Shown: positions 28,961 through 40,204 of the stretch, one piece after another
Position numbering within the stretch: the first letter of the stretch is position 1
Layout of the letters: the number at the start of each line of letters is the position of its first letter
DNA from: Bdellovibrio sp.
GTDB lineage: Bacteria; Bdellovibrionota; Bdellovibrionia; Bdellovibrionales; Bdellovibrionaceae
DNA: 64,000 nucleotides
NCBI GenBank assembly: GCA_036676395.1
Contig: JAKFCY010000003.1
Span: 32,001-96,000, forward strand
Direction of reading: 5' to 3'
Position numbers and translations under genes: made by a program
The notes under the pieces: generated by a model
The model's database searches: none
Told to the model about the DNA's origin: nothing
Seen by the model: the letters and a program-made list of their open reading frames with translations, nothing else

Positions 28961-29947
28961 ATGTCTCAGACTCAGCCGTCCGCACAACCACTTCTTACCG
29001 TTGATAATGTTGTAAAACACTTTCCGATTCATGGCGGATTATTTTCTCGTCAAATCGCGGCTGTTAAGGCCGTACAAAATATTTCATTTACCTTAAACAA
29101 AGGTGAAACGCTGGGCCTAGTTGGCGAATCAGGCTGTGGTAAATCTACACTTGGTCGTTGTTTGATTCGTTTGATCGAACCAACTTCTGGAAAAATTATT
29201 TTCAACGGTGAAGACATCACGCATGTTGATTCAAACCGCATGCGCGATTTACGTCGTAAAATGCAAATCATCTTCCAAGATCCGTATGCGTCTTTAAATC
29301 CGCGCATGACAATCGGTGCGATCTTAGAAGAGCCTTTAGTTATTCATAATCTTTACCCGAACTCAATCGAACGCCAAGAACGCGTGCAAGAATTAGTAAA
29401 ACTTGTTGGTCTTCGCCCTGAACATTTATCGCGTTACCCGCATGAGTTTTCAGGCGGACAACGTCAACGTGTGGGCATTGCCCGTGCGTTAGCGGTAAAT
29501 CCAGAAATTATCATCTGTGATGAACCAGTTTCTGCCTTAGACGTTTCTATCCAGGCGCAAGTCATTAACTTGTTAATGGAACTTCAGCAAAAACTTGGTT
29601 TAACTTATATCTTTATCGCCCATGACTTAAAAGTGGTTGAACACGTTTCAACCAAAGTGGCCGTGATGTACTTAGGCCAAATCGTCGAGATGGCTGAAGC
29701 TGATGAGCTTTATAAAAACCCGCAACATCCTTACACCAAAGCGTTGTTGTCAGCGATTCCGGTACCAGATCCTAAACCTCGCCCAGAGCGCATCATCTTA
29801 ACAGGGGATGTACCATCGCCAATCGCGCCGCCGCCAGGTTGTTATTTCAACCCACGCTGCCCGATGGCTACTGCAGAATGTACAATGACAAGACCTGAGT
29901 TAGTTGAAAAATCACCGGGCCACTTTGTAAGTTGTTTAAAGGTTTAA
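28961..29947 (+). CDS. oppF: Oligopeptide/dipeptide ABC transporter ATP-binding subunit
   Basis: [25 protein letters not shown] and GCYFNPRC. Confidence 0.92.
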   Translation: MSQTQPSAQPLLTVDNVVKHFPIHGGLFSRQIAAVKAVQNISFTLNKGETLGLVGESGCGKSTLGRCLIRLIEPTSGKIIFNGEDITHVDSNRMRDLRRKMQIIFQDPYASLNPRMTIGAILEEPLVIHNLYPNSIERQERVQELVKLVGLRPEHLSRYPHEFSGGQRQRVGIARALAVNPEIIICDEPVSALDVSIQAQVINLLMELQQKLGLTYIFIAHDLKVVEHVSTKVAVMYLGQIVEMAEADELYKNPQHPYTKALLSAIPVPDPKPRPERIILTGDVPSPIAPPPGCYFNPRCPMATAECTMTRPELVEKSPGHFVSCLKV

Positions 29948-29948
29948 G

Positions 29949-30224
29949 ATGAAATTATTTTTATCATTACTTACGTTAGTTAGTTTTATTTCAATCGCCC
30001 AAGCTGAAGAGACTTTGGTTGAAAAAGCAGAAGCTACAGCTAAATCTGTAGTTCGCGAAGTTAAAAAAGGCGCCAACCGTGCCGAAGAAATGGCTTGCGG
30101 CAAATTAACTGGCGATAGCAAGGCTACATGCCTTGCTAAAAAAGCTAAGAACCGCGTTACTGAAACGACAGACACCGTTGTCGATAAAGCTGACGAAATC
30201 AAAAAATCAGTCGATTCTAAATAG
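29949..30224 (+). CDS. Small secreted helical protein
   Basis: Signal peptide AQA-E; one Cys pair. Confidence 0.75.
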   Translation: MKLFLSLLTLVSFISIAQAEETLVEKAEATAKSVVREVKKGANRAEEMACGKLTGDSKATCLAKKAKNRVTETTDTVVDKADEIKKSVDSK

Positions 30225-30354
30225 TTTTTTGCGTGGTCACTGTCTCATAGTGACCACTGTCTTATCTTAATTTGAGAATATTAAACTATACGTGGTTTTC
30301 ACGTTTTCTGCTCTGATATCCTATAGGTAGCTATCTTTTCTTAAGGGAGTACTT

Positions 30355-31467
30355 ATGGGACGTCTTGCCTGGAATTTTCAGCTTTCGTTTTTATTAATTT
30401 TTTTATTGGCGATGAATGTTAATGCTGGTGGTGCTATCGCCGGCAAAGTCACAATTCTAAAAGGCAAAGTTTTTTTCGAACGCGGCGGACAAAAAATCCA
30501 AATTAAAAAAGACGATACGGTTTTAGAATCAGACACCATCGAAGCTGAAGTGGGAACTGCGCGCATTACGATGATTGATTCTAATTTAATCGATATTTAC
30601 CCGAAGACAAAAATTACGATCTCAAAATATGTTTACAAGCCAAATCAAGATCAAAAAGAAGTCGATTTAAAAATCGATTTTGGTAAAATTAAATCCACTG
30701 TTATTCAAAAATACGATGGCGCTAAAAGTAAGTTTCAAATAAAAACTCCTGCAGCTGTAGCCGGAGTGCGCGGAACAGTATTTACGGCTGAATACGATAA
30801 AATTAAAAAAGTTGCTAAAATTGTAACGATTGAAGGTTTAGTTGCCGTTGCTAAATTACTTGAAGATAACAGACAATCTGCTCCAGTGTTTGTACGCCCT
30901 GATCAAGTGGTCAAAGTTGATGTCGAACAAACAAACTCAGAACAGCCCCGTGATCTAACGCCCGAAGAGCGCGATAGCCGCAAAAAAGAAGATAAAGATT
31001 TAGGTTATCAGTACGATCCAAAAAGTGAAGCAACACCGCCGACACCGCCAAGCGCTAACAATCCACCACCACGGCCACCGGTAGCAGGCGGTCCTGCGCA
31101 AGGACAACCACCCACTCAACCACCAGTCACTGCAGGCGAAACCCCAACTGCAAATCGTGGCGCAAATTCAGAGCCGCCTAAAGAGCCTGTTAAACAAATC
31201 AAAGAATCTGTACCTTCAACTGTGAAAAATTCAAGTGATCGTCAACAACAACAGCAGCAGCTAGCACAACGTCGCCAAAAACAGCTTGAACACGAGCAAG
31301 CCAGAAAACAGAAACAGTTAGAAGAAGAAATGAGAAAACGCCAGCAATTAGAAGCCCAAAGAGCCGAGGCTGCCCGACGTCTGGCAGAAAGCACGATTAT
31401 CAATAGACCTCCGCCGACGACCACCGTGCCGTCAACTCCAAGCCCGGGTGCGAACTCTCCGTATTAG
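30355..31467 (+). CDS. FecR-domain protein with Pro-rich linker and short coiled coil
   Basis: Signal peptide; FQIKTPAAVAGVRGTVF FecR motif. Confidence 0.85.
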   Translation: MGRLAWNFQLSFLLIFLLAMNVNAGGAIAGKVTILKGKVFFERGGQKIQIKKDDTVLESDTIEAEVGTARITMIDSNLIDIYPKTKITISKYVYKPNQDQKEVDLKIDFGKIKSTVIQKYDGAKSKFQIKTPAAVAGVRGTVFTAEYDKIKKVAKIVTIEGLVAVAKLLEDNRQSAPVFVRPDQVVKVDVEQTNSEQPRDLTPEERDSRKKEDKDLGYQYDPKSEATPPTPPSANNPPPRPPVAGGPAQGQPPTQPPVTAGETPTANRGANSEPPKEPVKQIKESVPSTVKNSSDRQQQQQQLAQRRQKQLEHEQARKQKQLEEEMRKRQQLEAQRAEAARRLAESTIINRPPPTTTVPSTPSPGANSPY

Positions 31468-31627
31468 ACGTCATTTGGTCACTACTAAATAAATTTTAAT
31501 TCAATAGTTTACTTTTATTGTCGAACAATAAATCACCTCGCATCTTAATTTGAGAATGTTGAAGAATACATGGTTTTCATATTTTTCTGGCTGCTATCCT
31601 GTAGGTAGATATTTAACGGGGAGATCT

Positions 31628-33019
31628 ATGGCACGTCTTTTGGGAAAGTTACGACTTTCATTCTTAACGGTTTTTTTACTAGTCTTTAACGCGAATGCAG
31701 CTGGCACTATTGCCGGCAAAGTTACGATTTTGAAAGGCCAAGTTTTTATTCAACGTGGTGGACAAAAAATCCAAGTCAAAAAAGACGATACCATTTTAGA
31801 ATCTGACATCATCGAATCAGAAGCCGGCACGGCTCGCATTACGATGATCGATTCAAACTTAGTCGACGTTTATCCGCGATCAAAGGTTGAAATCGCCAAA
31901 TACATTTACAAACCAAATGAAGATCAAAAAGAAGTCGAATTAAAAATCGATTTTGGTAAAATCAAATCTACAGTAAATCAAAAATATGACGGGGCTAAAA
32001 ATAAGTTTCAGGTGAAAACGCCATCAGCGGTAGCCGGTGTTCGCGGAACAGTATTTACTGCTGAATACGACAGAATTAAAAAAGTTTCTAGAGTCGTAAC
32101 GATTGAAGGATTAGTCGCCGTATCTAAAATGCTTGATCGCGAAAGACAAACGCCTCCGGTATTTGTACGCCCCGATCAGGTTGTAAAAGTTGATGTTGAA
32201 CAATCAAAAGCTGAACAGCCACGCGATTTAAAACCAGAAGAGCGCGATGTTCGCCAGCAAGAAGATAAAGACTTAGGTTACCAATACGACCCGAAACAAG
32301 AACTAAGCCCAGAACAACAACCTACTGGTGCGATCAAAGAACCAGTAAAAGATATCAAAGAAAGCCTAGTTCGCGAAGTTAAAGAAATTCGTGAACCGAT
32401 TAAAGAAATTGCCGTGATAGAACCTGTTAAAGACACGGCTGTCGTTAAAGAACAAATTAAAGAGCGTCGTAAAGAATTCAAAGAACGACTTAAAGAACTT
32501 AAAGAAGTCAGACGCGCTAAAGACGATGAACCGATTAAAGAAATTAGCGTTCGCCCGCCGGTAGTTAATGAAATGCCACCGCGCGAACCTGTTAAACAAA
32601 TCAAAGAAACTATCACGACTGCGGTAAATAACTCAGGCAAGCGTGAACAATTGCAACAGCAAGCCCAAGAGCGCCGTCAAAAACAGCTCGAAGAAGAACA
32701 AGGAAAAAAACAGAAGCAATTAGAAGAAGATCAGACTCGAAAACAAAAACATTTAGAAGAAGAGCAGGTCAAAAAGCAAAAGCAGTCTGAAGAAGAACAG
32801 GCCAAAAAACAAAAACATCTCGAAGAAGAGCAAGCTAAAAAACAGAAACAGTCAGAAGTCGCACAGGCAAAAAGACGAGCTATGGAAGAAGCTCAGAAAA
32901 AATCTGAGTTAGCTCGTCGTCTGGCTGAAATTGCAAAACGCGGTTCAATGATCAGACCTCCGTCTGGAACAGACACTGGCCTGACACCTCCGAATACAAT
33001 TACTCCCATCAATAAATAA
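31628..33019 (+). CDS. FecR-domain protein paralog with long charged coiled-coil tail
   Basis: FQVKTPSAVAGVRGTVF; N-terminal ~220 aa closely similar to the 30355 protein; start moved to ATG 31628 (GGGAG SD). Confidence 0.85.
   Translation: MARLLGKLRLSFLTVFLLVFNANAAGTIAGKVTILKGQVFIQRGGQKIQVKKDDTILESDIIESEAGTARITMIDSNLVDVYPRSKVEIAKYIYKPNEDQKEVELKIDFGKIKSTVNQKYDGAKNKFQVKTPSAVAGVRGTVFTAEYDRIKKVSRVVTIEGLVAVSKMLDRERQTPPVFVRPDQVVKVDVEQSKAEQPRDLKPEERDVRQQEDKDLGYQYDPKQELSPEQQPTGAIKEPVKDIKESLVREVKEIREPIKEIAVIEPVKDTAVVKEQIKERRKEFKERLKELKEVRRAKDDEPIKEISVRPPVVNEMPPREPVKQIKETITTAVNNSGKREQLQQQAQERRQKQLEEEQGKKQKQLEEDQTRKQKHLEEEQVKKQKQSEEEQAKKQKHLEEEQAKKQKQSEVAQAKRRAMEEAQKKSELARRLAEIAKRGSMIRPPSGTDTGLTPPNTITPINK
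32678..32875 (+). repeat. Six degenerate 33-nt (11-aa) coding repeats
   Basis: QKQLEEEQGKK / QKQLEEDQTRK / QKHLEEEQVKK / QKQSEEEQAKK / QKHLEEEQAKK / QKQSEVAQAKR. Confidence 0.85.
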
Positions 33020-33106
33020 TAAATCGCTGCGACTTACTCGGCTTTAGGTAAGTCCAGCCTCTTTTTAACGATGATCAAGCCCAACGCCTTATGATAAATT
33101 TATATC

Positions 33107-34678
33107 GTGAGGCATTTCATCTTTGTACTACTTCTCATTCACTGTTTTTCAGTAACGGCATATGCCGTTAATTTAAAATATATCAACGGCCTATACTTAC
33201 ATAAAAATTGTGAGTACTTTGCGCGCGATCTTAAAAGTAATTGGGATATCATTCCAGAAAACGAAAGAAACGACTATCTGGCAAAACTTGCAGACTGTTC
33301 TGTAGACCGCGGCCAATTAGAATTTGCTGAATCATTATTTAATAATCTTGAACGCAAAGGTTATAAATCTTCAATTTTAAACCAGGCTAAAGCTAAACTT
33401 GATCTTTCACGCAGCGACTTTAAGCGCATTACCGATGATTATGAATTGAAAAAACCTAAAAAAGCGACTTTTCAATATTACATCTACGTGGCGCAAAGTT
33501 ATTACGAACAAGAAGATTATGATTCTTCGTTGAAAATTTTAAGTTATATCAGCCCGAATAAATTAACTGATTACCAAAGAAATATAATTCGTTACTGGAA
33601 AGCTAAAAATTATTTTTTAAAAGACGAATACGATAAAACGACCTATTTTTTAGATTTAATCTTAGAAGATGACGAAGAACGCGGGTGGGTTAAAGATGCT
33701 GCCCAGGTGTTAAAAAATGCCGTTCATGATAAATACCGACCCTTTCGTGCAGTAATTTATTTAAACGCCACTTACGACACGAACACCAACAAACAATCTG
33801 TTGTTGAAAATCTGACTTTAGATGATAAACCTGCGTCTTACATCATCGACGGAACTTATCGAATAAACCCATCGCTAGATTTTTATATCAGAAAAGACCG
33901 CACGACAAAAAAATACATCAATCTTGATTTCAGCTTTGCGTGGTCTAGCAAAGAAACCGCCAATGAATCTGAAACCTATTCTATTAAATTCAGAAATTCT
34001 AAAAAAACTGATTCACGTAATACTTTTTCCTGGGATTTAGGTTTAACTAAATCGCAACTTGAATTTTTAGATGCATCTAACGATGCTTTTTTACGCTTAG
34101 GTTTATTTCATCTGGTCACTGACGATAAATTTGCTACTGCGACTTATCGTTACAGCCGAAATATTGAGTTTCAGTACAAATATGCTCACACTGTTTCGCT
34201 ATCGCTATTTAAAGTCTATGACACGCAACTGCTTTACGGCACGATCTCGCATAGCCAAAATTTTGATGAAGCCGCCAGGTATGATTTTGATGGCTTCTCT
34301 GCACCTATCGCCGAAAGCGGAACTGTCTTCGGAAACTATGGCATAACCAGCATTGATCTAGCCCACAGTGTTGATTTCACCGATGAACATTCATTACGAA
34401 CGCAATTGTCATACTCAAACACGGCTTACCAGGCTGAAGACTTGCCTGCCGGTTCTGAAGCTTTAACCAACTCAACAGCTAAGCGCAGTGATCAGACTTA
34501 TAGTTTTTCTTTGGTGTATGCCAATAAATACGATGCAGAAACAAACATTGAACTTTTTGCGACAGCTATTTTAGGCAGAAGTCACGGTCATCAAGGCTAT
34601 ATTTCTGCCGGTGAATTCAGTCACAAAAATTACACAGCTAACCAATTTGGTATTAATTTAGATTGGACCTATGAATAG
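33107..34678 (+). CDS. TPR plus outer-membrane beta-barrel protein
   Basis: Signal peptide, TPR-like helices, YDTN strand start and an aromatic-rich alternating C-terminal half. Confidence 0.7.
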   Translation: MRHFIFVLLLIHCFSVTAYAVNLKYINGLYLHKNCEYFARDLKSNWDIIPENERNDYLAKLADCSVDRGQLEFAESLFNNLERKGYKSSILNQAKAKLDLSRSDFKRITDDYELKKPKKATFQYYIYVAQSYYEQEDYDSSLKILSYISPNKLTDYQRNIIRYWKAKNYFLKDEYDKTTYFLDLILEDDEERGWVKDAAQVLKNAVHDKYRPFRAVIYLNATYDTNTNKQSVVENLTLDDKPASYIIDGTYRINPSLDFYIRKDRTTKKYINLDFSFAWSSKETANESETYSIKFRNSKKTDSRNTFSWDLGLTKSQLEFLDASNDAFLRLGLFHLVTDDKFATATYRYSRNIEFQYKYAHTVSLSLFKVYDTQLLYGTISHSQNFDEAARYDFDGFSAPIAESGTVFGNYGITSIDLAHSVDFTDEHSLRTQLSYSNTAYQAEDLPAGSEALTNSTAKRSDQTYSFSLVYANKYDAETNIELFATAILGRSHGHQGYISAGEFSHKNYTANQFGINLDWTYE

Positions 34679-34689
34679 GAGCAAAAACC

Positions 34690-35379
34690 ATGAACCAACA
34701 AGTTAAATGGTGTTTTTATGATCCCGAAACAAAAACCAAAACTGCCGATCTAGCTACTGATGAAGCGCAAATGACCATTTTAAAAATGCGCCCAAAAGAT
34801 ATCAACCGTTTCTATTTTTCACGTAGCGATGACAGCGCCTGGAAGCCATTAAAGTTGTTAATGACTTCTAGCGCATCCCCTTTTTCCGGTTTAGCTTTAC
34901 TGACTTCTATGGGGGCCGAAAAAGCTGCACAGCCTGTAGCTAACCCCAAACTAAAAATGCACCCCGTAGATCGCGGCACACAAGACGAAATCGAACGCAC
35001 TTTTACAAATTCTTGCATTGATAATAATAAAACATTAGCCGTAAGCTTTAAAAAACCATCAGCTCACAAAATCGAAATCGTTATCATGAATAAACAGGGT
35101 ATGATTTTTCGGGCAAATGCCGTCAACGCCACACCAGAAGGTACGCTGTGTGATAAGGTTATCCCCACTCATTTCCACAACACTATTCTTGATGTCGTTA
35201 TTATTAATTCGCTAGCCATTAATAAATTTTTTGAAAAAATTAAAATTACCGGAAAAATAGCCACAACTGGTAACGGCCAGTACTTAGAATTCAATTTCGC
35301 TTCTGATGCATTGAGAAGTCAGCTTGTAGAAAGCTTAAACTTTTGCGAGAACAACTCACACCGTAAAAAAGCTATTTAA
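34690..35379 (+). CDS. Degenerate PilZ-like paralog of 40205..41041
   Basis: N- and C-terminal blocks align by eye with the 40205 protein; RxxxR is missing and NATPEG replaces NISLTG. Confidence 0.65.
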   Translation: MNQQVKWCFYDPETKTKTADLATDEAQMTILKMRPKDINRFYFSRSDDSAWKPLKLLMTSSASPFSGLALLTSMGAEKAAQPVANPKLKMHPVDRGTQDEIERTFTNSCIDNNKTLAVSFKKPSAHKIEIVIMNKQGMIFRANAVNATPEGTLCDKVIPTHFHNTILDVVIINSLAINKFFEKIKITGKIATTGNGQYLEFNFASDALRSQLVESLNFCENNSHRKKAI

Positions 35380-37979
35380 TGAAGATCAAAATCTACGGAA
35401 TCATTTTAGCCAGCATACTTTTTTTAAGCTTTTTAATGCTTAATTTAAAGTATAAAAGCATTCAAAATAATCCTGAGGTTGTTGAAAATAATATTTTTTA
35501 TAGTTTTCTATTCGAATTTAATAATAAAATTTACGACACCTTTTATAAAAACAAAGTAGAACGCCAAAAAAGCGATAATGTTTTTTTAATCGATATTGAC
35601 GAAGACTCTGTGCGTGAATTAGGACGCTGGCCTTGGTCGCGCGAAATTATCGCGACGATCTGGGAAAACAGCATGAAAAACGGCGTCAAAGTTATCGCGA
35701 ATGATATTATCTTTTCAGAAGCGCAAAATAAGAAAGCCGATGGCCGCTTAGAAGAAGTTATTAAAAAATACCCGGCACAAATTATCTTAGGCACTTTCGG
35801 CGAAGGCCCGATTGCTTATGGTAACCCACCCTATCAAGATTATTGTTTTGTCGAATCATTTCGCCGTAGCGGTGGCGATAAAATCGTGACTTTAAATGCC
35901 ACTTTAACTTTCGATGATAGTAATTCACAATTTGAGCAGGTTTTTTTCAGTAATGAATTAAAAGCGATATTTGATGATCTAGATCAACAATTTGAACAAA
36001 CATATTTAGCACGTATTAATAAAAAATCTCTGCAAGATTTAGATTTTTATCAAAAAAACAGCCTTGCGTCTGAAAAAAGTCGTAATTTAGTCAGCTACTG
36101 CTTTCGCTGGTTGCAAGATGACGATGAGTATTTACGAAGTGCCGGGCAGGATTTATTAAAATCTTACAACGCCAGTTTAGACCGAATTCCCGGGTACGAA
36201 AAATTACCATCTTTAAATGATAAAATCAAAAAGTTTAAAGATGATGTAAATCAATTATTAGTTCCACAGTTCGCCACCTGGCCAGCCAATATTTCTGAAC
36301 TTCAAACGGCCGCCGAATACACAGCCACATTTAATGCTGATATAGATTTTGATGGCGTGATCCGCCATTACCCGTTGATCTACCGCTCGGGTAATAAAAC
36401 GAATTTGAGCTTTATCCCGTCATTGGCTTTACAAGCTTATTTATTAGCTACCGGCTATCAGGCTGTCTTTTATCCAAAAGTAGAAAACAATATTAAAACC
36501 ATCAACAGCGTAGTTATTCGTGATATCGAAAATGAAAAAGATGTGATGTCGTTGCCGGTTGATTCAAATGGTCGTTTAAATATTAATTATTACGGCCGCG
36601 GAAATTCAATTCCTTACGTGTCAGCCCGCGATTTATTTCATGATGATAACCCCGAAATGGTGGTGCAGTTAAATGGCCGTGCCACAACCGTGAATAAAGC
36701 CCAATGGCTTAAAGATAAAGCCGCTGTTATGGGCCCAACCGCAACAGGCATCTTCGATTTACGAAACACTCCGGTAGAAAAAGCCTTACCAGGAGTAGAA
36801 ATCCATTTAACTGTATTAGGTAACTTGTTTGATCAAACCTTTATGAAGGTTTCACAAGACGAATTTAAAATTTCAGTTTTTGTTTTATTATTTCTGGCGA
36901 TTTCTATTGTCGGGCTATTTCTATATAGTAATTTATTCATCGCCTCATTATACCTATTAGTCGTTAATTATGGTCTCTATAAAGTGGCCCTACACAACTT
37001 TAATAAAAACCTCTATTTTGAGCTTTTAGCGCCGACAGTTATATTTACAATTTCAATTTACATTGTATTTTTGATTTACATTTATTTTTTCGAAACCAGA
37101 AAATCCAAAGAAATTAAGAACACTTTTTCAAAATACGTTTCTAAAGAAATCGTTGAAGAGATTTTAAAAAATCAGGAAAATCTGGAACTTAAAGGGCAAA
37201 AACTAAAAATGACCGTGTTCTTTTCAGATATCAGAAGTTTTACAACGCTTTCTGAAGAAATGGACCCACAAGAATTATCAATGATGTTAAATAAATATTT
37301 TACCCCCATGTCAGAAATTATCTTTGGCAGTAATGGCACGATCGACAAATTTATGGGCGATGCGATTATGGCCTTATTCGGCGCGCCGCTAAATTACCCG
37401 GATCACCCGCAAAAAGCTTGTACCGCAGCACTCAGCTGTATTGAAAAATTAAAAGATGTAAATATCGAATTAAAAAAACGTAACTGGCCAGAACTAAAAA
37501 TTGGTATCGGTCTGAACACTGGGATTATGGTTGCCGGCAATATTGGTTCAGATCAGATTCAAAGTTACACAGTCATCGGTGATGAAGTGAATTTAGGTCA
37601 ACGTTTAGAAAGTTTAACGAAGACCTATCAGGCTAAAATTTTAATTTCAGAAAGTACTTATTTAGAAGTCAAAAATGAATTTATCGCCCGCGAAGTCGAT
37701 AATGTGCGTGTTAAGGGTAAAAACCGTGCCGTTAAAATTTACGAATTAATTGCCCACGGTAAAACTCATCCAGCTATGGCATTTTTTGATTCTTATCATC
37801 AGGCTCTACAGAAGTTTTATGCCAAACAGTTTAATGAAGCTGAAACGGCTTTTTCAGAATTGTTAAAACAAAAGCCCGATGATTTTTTAACTCAGATGTA
37901 TCTAGAACGTTCTGCCTACTGCTTGAAAAATCCAGTACCTGAAACTTGGGATGGCGTATTTGAACGCCGTAAAACTTAA
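35379..37979 (+). CDS. CHASE2-domain class III adenylate cyclase
   Basis: IDIDEDS...GRWPWSR, DFDGVIRHYP, PGVEIH, three TMs, FSDIRSFT, DKFMGDAIM, YTVIGDEVNLGQRLE and VKGK. Confidence 0.95.
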   Translation: MKIKIYGIILASILFLSFLMLNLKYKSIQNNPEVVENNIFYSFLFEFNNKIYDTFYKNKVERQKSDNVFLIDIDEDSVRELGRWPWSREIIATIWENSMKNGVKVIANDIIFSEAQNKKADGRLEEVIKKYPAQIILGTFGEGPIAYGNPPYQDYCFVESFRRSGGDKIVTLNATLTFDDSNSQFEQVFFSNELKAIFDDLDQQFEQTYLARINKKSLQDLDFYQKNSLASEKSRNLVSYCFRWLQDDDEYLRSAGQDLLKSYNASLDRIPGYEKLPSLNDKIKKFKDDVNQLLVPQFATWPANISELQTAAEYTATFNADIDFDGVIRHYPLIYRSGNKTNLSFIPSLALQAYLLATGYQAVFYPKVENNIKTINSVVIRDIENEKDVMSLPVDSNGRLNINYYGRGNSIPYVSARDLFHDDNPEMVVQLNGRATTVNKAQWLKDKAAVMGPTATGIFDLRNTPVEKALPGVEIHLTVLGNLFDQTFMKVSQDEFKISVFVLLFLAISIVGLFLYSNLFIASLYLLVVNYGLYKVALHNFNKNLYFELLAPTVIFTISIYIVFLIYIYFFETRKSKEIKNTFSKYVSKEIVEEILKNQENLELKGQKLKMTVFFSDIRSFTTLSEEMDPQELSMMLNKYFTPMSEIIFGSNGTIDKFMGDAIMALFGAPLNYPDHPQKACTAALSCIEKLKDVNIELKKRNWPELKIGIGLNTGIMVAGNIGSDQIQSYTVIGDEVNLGQRLESLTKTYQAKILISESTYLEVKNEFIAREVDNVRVKGKNRAVKIYELIAHGKTHPAMAFFDSYHQALQKFYAKQFNEAETAFSELLKQKPDDFLTQMYLERSAYCLKNPVPETWDGVFERRKT

Positions 37980-39301
37980 AAGCGCGTTAAATAAACGTAC
38001 TGGATACCGATTGAAGAATCAGCATAAGTATAATCTTCAATCGTTGAATCATTGCGCGACAGACCTAAAAATCCATTGATCGTGGTACGATCGCTTAGAT
38101 CTTTTGCAATAGAATACGTAATGGCACCTAAATTATCACGTCTGGCTAACTCAGATAAGTTATAGTTCGTTAAACCATAACTCACTTTAAAAATGGAATA
38201 CGTGTTTTTAAAAGTCGGTTTTTCATAGCTTAAATTTGTGTAAACTTTGTAATAGCTGGCATTATCTCCATCGGCATCATTTAAAATAAAACCTAATTCT
38301 CCGGTCAGACTTTGCATCCGGCGCATTGAGTATTTTAAAGTTCCAGAAATGTCATACTTAATTGCCGTTTGATTATCTTCAGCATCGGTAAAAGTTAATT
38401 GCGACTGATCGCGGCCGATTATTAACTGGCCATCTAAATCTAAATCAGTAGTTAATTTCGAGCCCAGCGTTTGTTTGAAATATAAAAGCGTAATCGACAT
38501 TTCGCGAATTTGTGAATCAGACGGTAACATGTATAAACCAATATTTGCTGAAGAGCTGCTGCGGTAGCCGTCAAAATTAGTTCTATAGGGAATCGTCGCT
38601 AAAAGCATCGTCGCATCAGCAGCCTGAATTTCTGCTGTTGATTCTAATTTATGATTTAAAGTGCGGCTGTCAGCAATGTACAACATCGGTTCAATAACAG
38701 AATTCTGGTCTTGATAAAATTTATAAGCCATAAATCCGCTGGCATTCAAAGTGTGCCCAACAAGAACATCCTGCTGAGGGGCCACATTTAAAGCGTTACT
38801 GTCATAACCATAACCGGCCGTAAAGCCCATGGTGTATTTTAATTTGTCAGATTCAATTTGATTTTGAATTTGCATGCACTTTTCGATTAATCTTTCAGCG
38901 CGTCTGTCTTGTTCGGGGTCTTTAGAGGTATCGATCGATAATTCAAGACTGTTCACGGCTTTTTCGTAATCGCCTTTATAGTACTGGCTCAGACCTAAAT
39001 AATAATAGGCTAAAGATATTTCCTTAACACTGTTCGCGCGAGTGACTTCTGATAAATACTTTTCGGCTAAATCATAATTTTCAATGCGATAATAATTTAA
39101 ACCTAATAAATAATAAATTCCGGGCGTTTGGCTTGGATCACTTTTCAATTTTTGTAAAACCGCTATTGAAGATTCAAATTGTTCTTTTTTATAAAATTCA
39201 TAGGCTTGGGCAAAGGCCGGTGGAAGCGCCTCTAGAGCTTGAGTTTGCGCATACACAGAGAAACTTAAAAGACTCGATAAAAGAATAACAATATTTTTCA
39301 T
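37976..39301 (-). CDS. TPR plus outer-membrane beta-barrel protein
   Basis: Signal peptide, clear TPRs (YYLGLSQYYKGDYEKA), GYGYDSN and terminal F. Confidence 0.8.
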   Translation of the reverse strand: MKNIVILLSSLLSFSVYAQTQALEALPPAFAQAYEFYKKEQFESSIAVLQKLKSDPSQTPGIYYLLGLNYYRIENYDLAEKYLSEVTRANSVKEISLAYYYLGLSQYYKGDYEKAVNSLELSIDTSKDPEQDRRAERLIEKCMQIQNQIESDKLKYTMGFTAGYGYDSNALNVAPQQDVLVGHTLNASGFMAYKFYQDQNSVIEPMLYIADSRTLNHKLESTAEIQAADATMLLATIPYRTNFDGYRSSSSANIGLYMLPSDSQIREMSITLLYFKQTLGSKLTTDLDLDGQLIIGRDQSQLTFTDAEDNQTAIKYDISGTLKYSMRRMQSLTGELGFILNDADGDNASYYKVYTNLSYEKPTFKNTYSIFKVSYGLTNYNLSELARRDNLGAITYSIAKDLSDRTTINGFLGLSRNDSTIEDYTYADSSIGIQYVYLTRF

Positions 39302-39303
39302 AT

Positions 39304-40092
39304 TTAGCGCTCGATGATGATGTTAACATTTGCAGGTTTATTAATAATATTTTTTGCAGAATCACCCAATAAGTTATCATTGCGCTCTTGAATCGCGATA
39401 ATCTGGCTGAAGTCATTTTTTGGAACAAACACTTGTTGTGGATCAGTGCCCTTATCGTCTTTTTTGACGGCTGTATCACCTTCGATGCGTTTTAATTCTG
39501 ACGGGCTAACTTTTATTGGTGAACCAGGCTGTTTGCCATCGATGTTTTCTGAAGTTTCACCACGTTTAACTAACACGGCCTCAGTTAATTTATTTGATAA
39601 ATTATCTAAACCACGAAAAATAACTTCACCACGAAATGTGGTTACACCAGTGATATTATTTGCTTTACGATAACTGGTCATAAACTGGGTTCCGCGCACA
39701 CCGACGACAGCAGAAGGCGTTTTAATTTCAAATCTATTTTCATGAGTATCATATTTTTGTTCGACGTTAGTGCGCACTTTGCCTTCGAATAAACTTAACC
39801 GCACATTTTTTTCTTTACTGTCATTAATATACTGATCAATGCGCAGCTTCGTTTCTGGTAGCACGTTAATAATATTACGATCACTCATGACAATTTTAGC
39901 GCGTGAATCTTTGCCCGTAATGATGGTGTCTTGGGGGTAAACTTTGCTTCCTACTTTTACACCCATGGGCTGAGATTTCATTTTAGCAACTTGCACTTGG
40001 CCTTTGACGATCATTAGCAGACCGTAAGTTTCCTCAGCTAAAGCCTGGGAAAAACCGCCTAAAACCAACAAAATCAGGATTAATCTTTTCAT
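39304..40092 (-). CDS. FecR-domain protein
   Basis: Signal peptide; FEIKTPSAVVGVRGTQF. Confidence 0.85.
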   Translation of the reverse strand: MKRLILILLVLGGFSQALAEETYGLLMIVKGQVQVAKMKSQPMGVKVGSKVYPQDTIITGKDSRAKIVMSDRNIINVLPETKLRIDQYINDSKEKNVRLSLFEGKVRTNVEQKYDTHENRFEIKTPSAVVGVRGTQFMTSYRKANNITGVTTFRGEVIFRGLDNLSNKLTEAVLVKRGETSENIDGKQPGSPIKVSPSELKRIEGDTAVKKDDKGTDPQQVFVPKNDFSQIIAIQERNDNLLGDSAKNIINKPANVNIIIER

Positions 40093-40204
40093 AACAGATA
40101 TTATCTCTGTAACTCAGACAAAAGTTTACTAGACCATCATCCAGAATTCACTCCAGCAAACGCCTAGCCTCAAATATGAGGCCCTGTAAACCGATAATAA
40201 TCAC

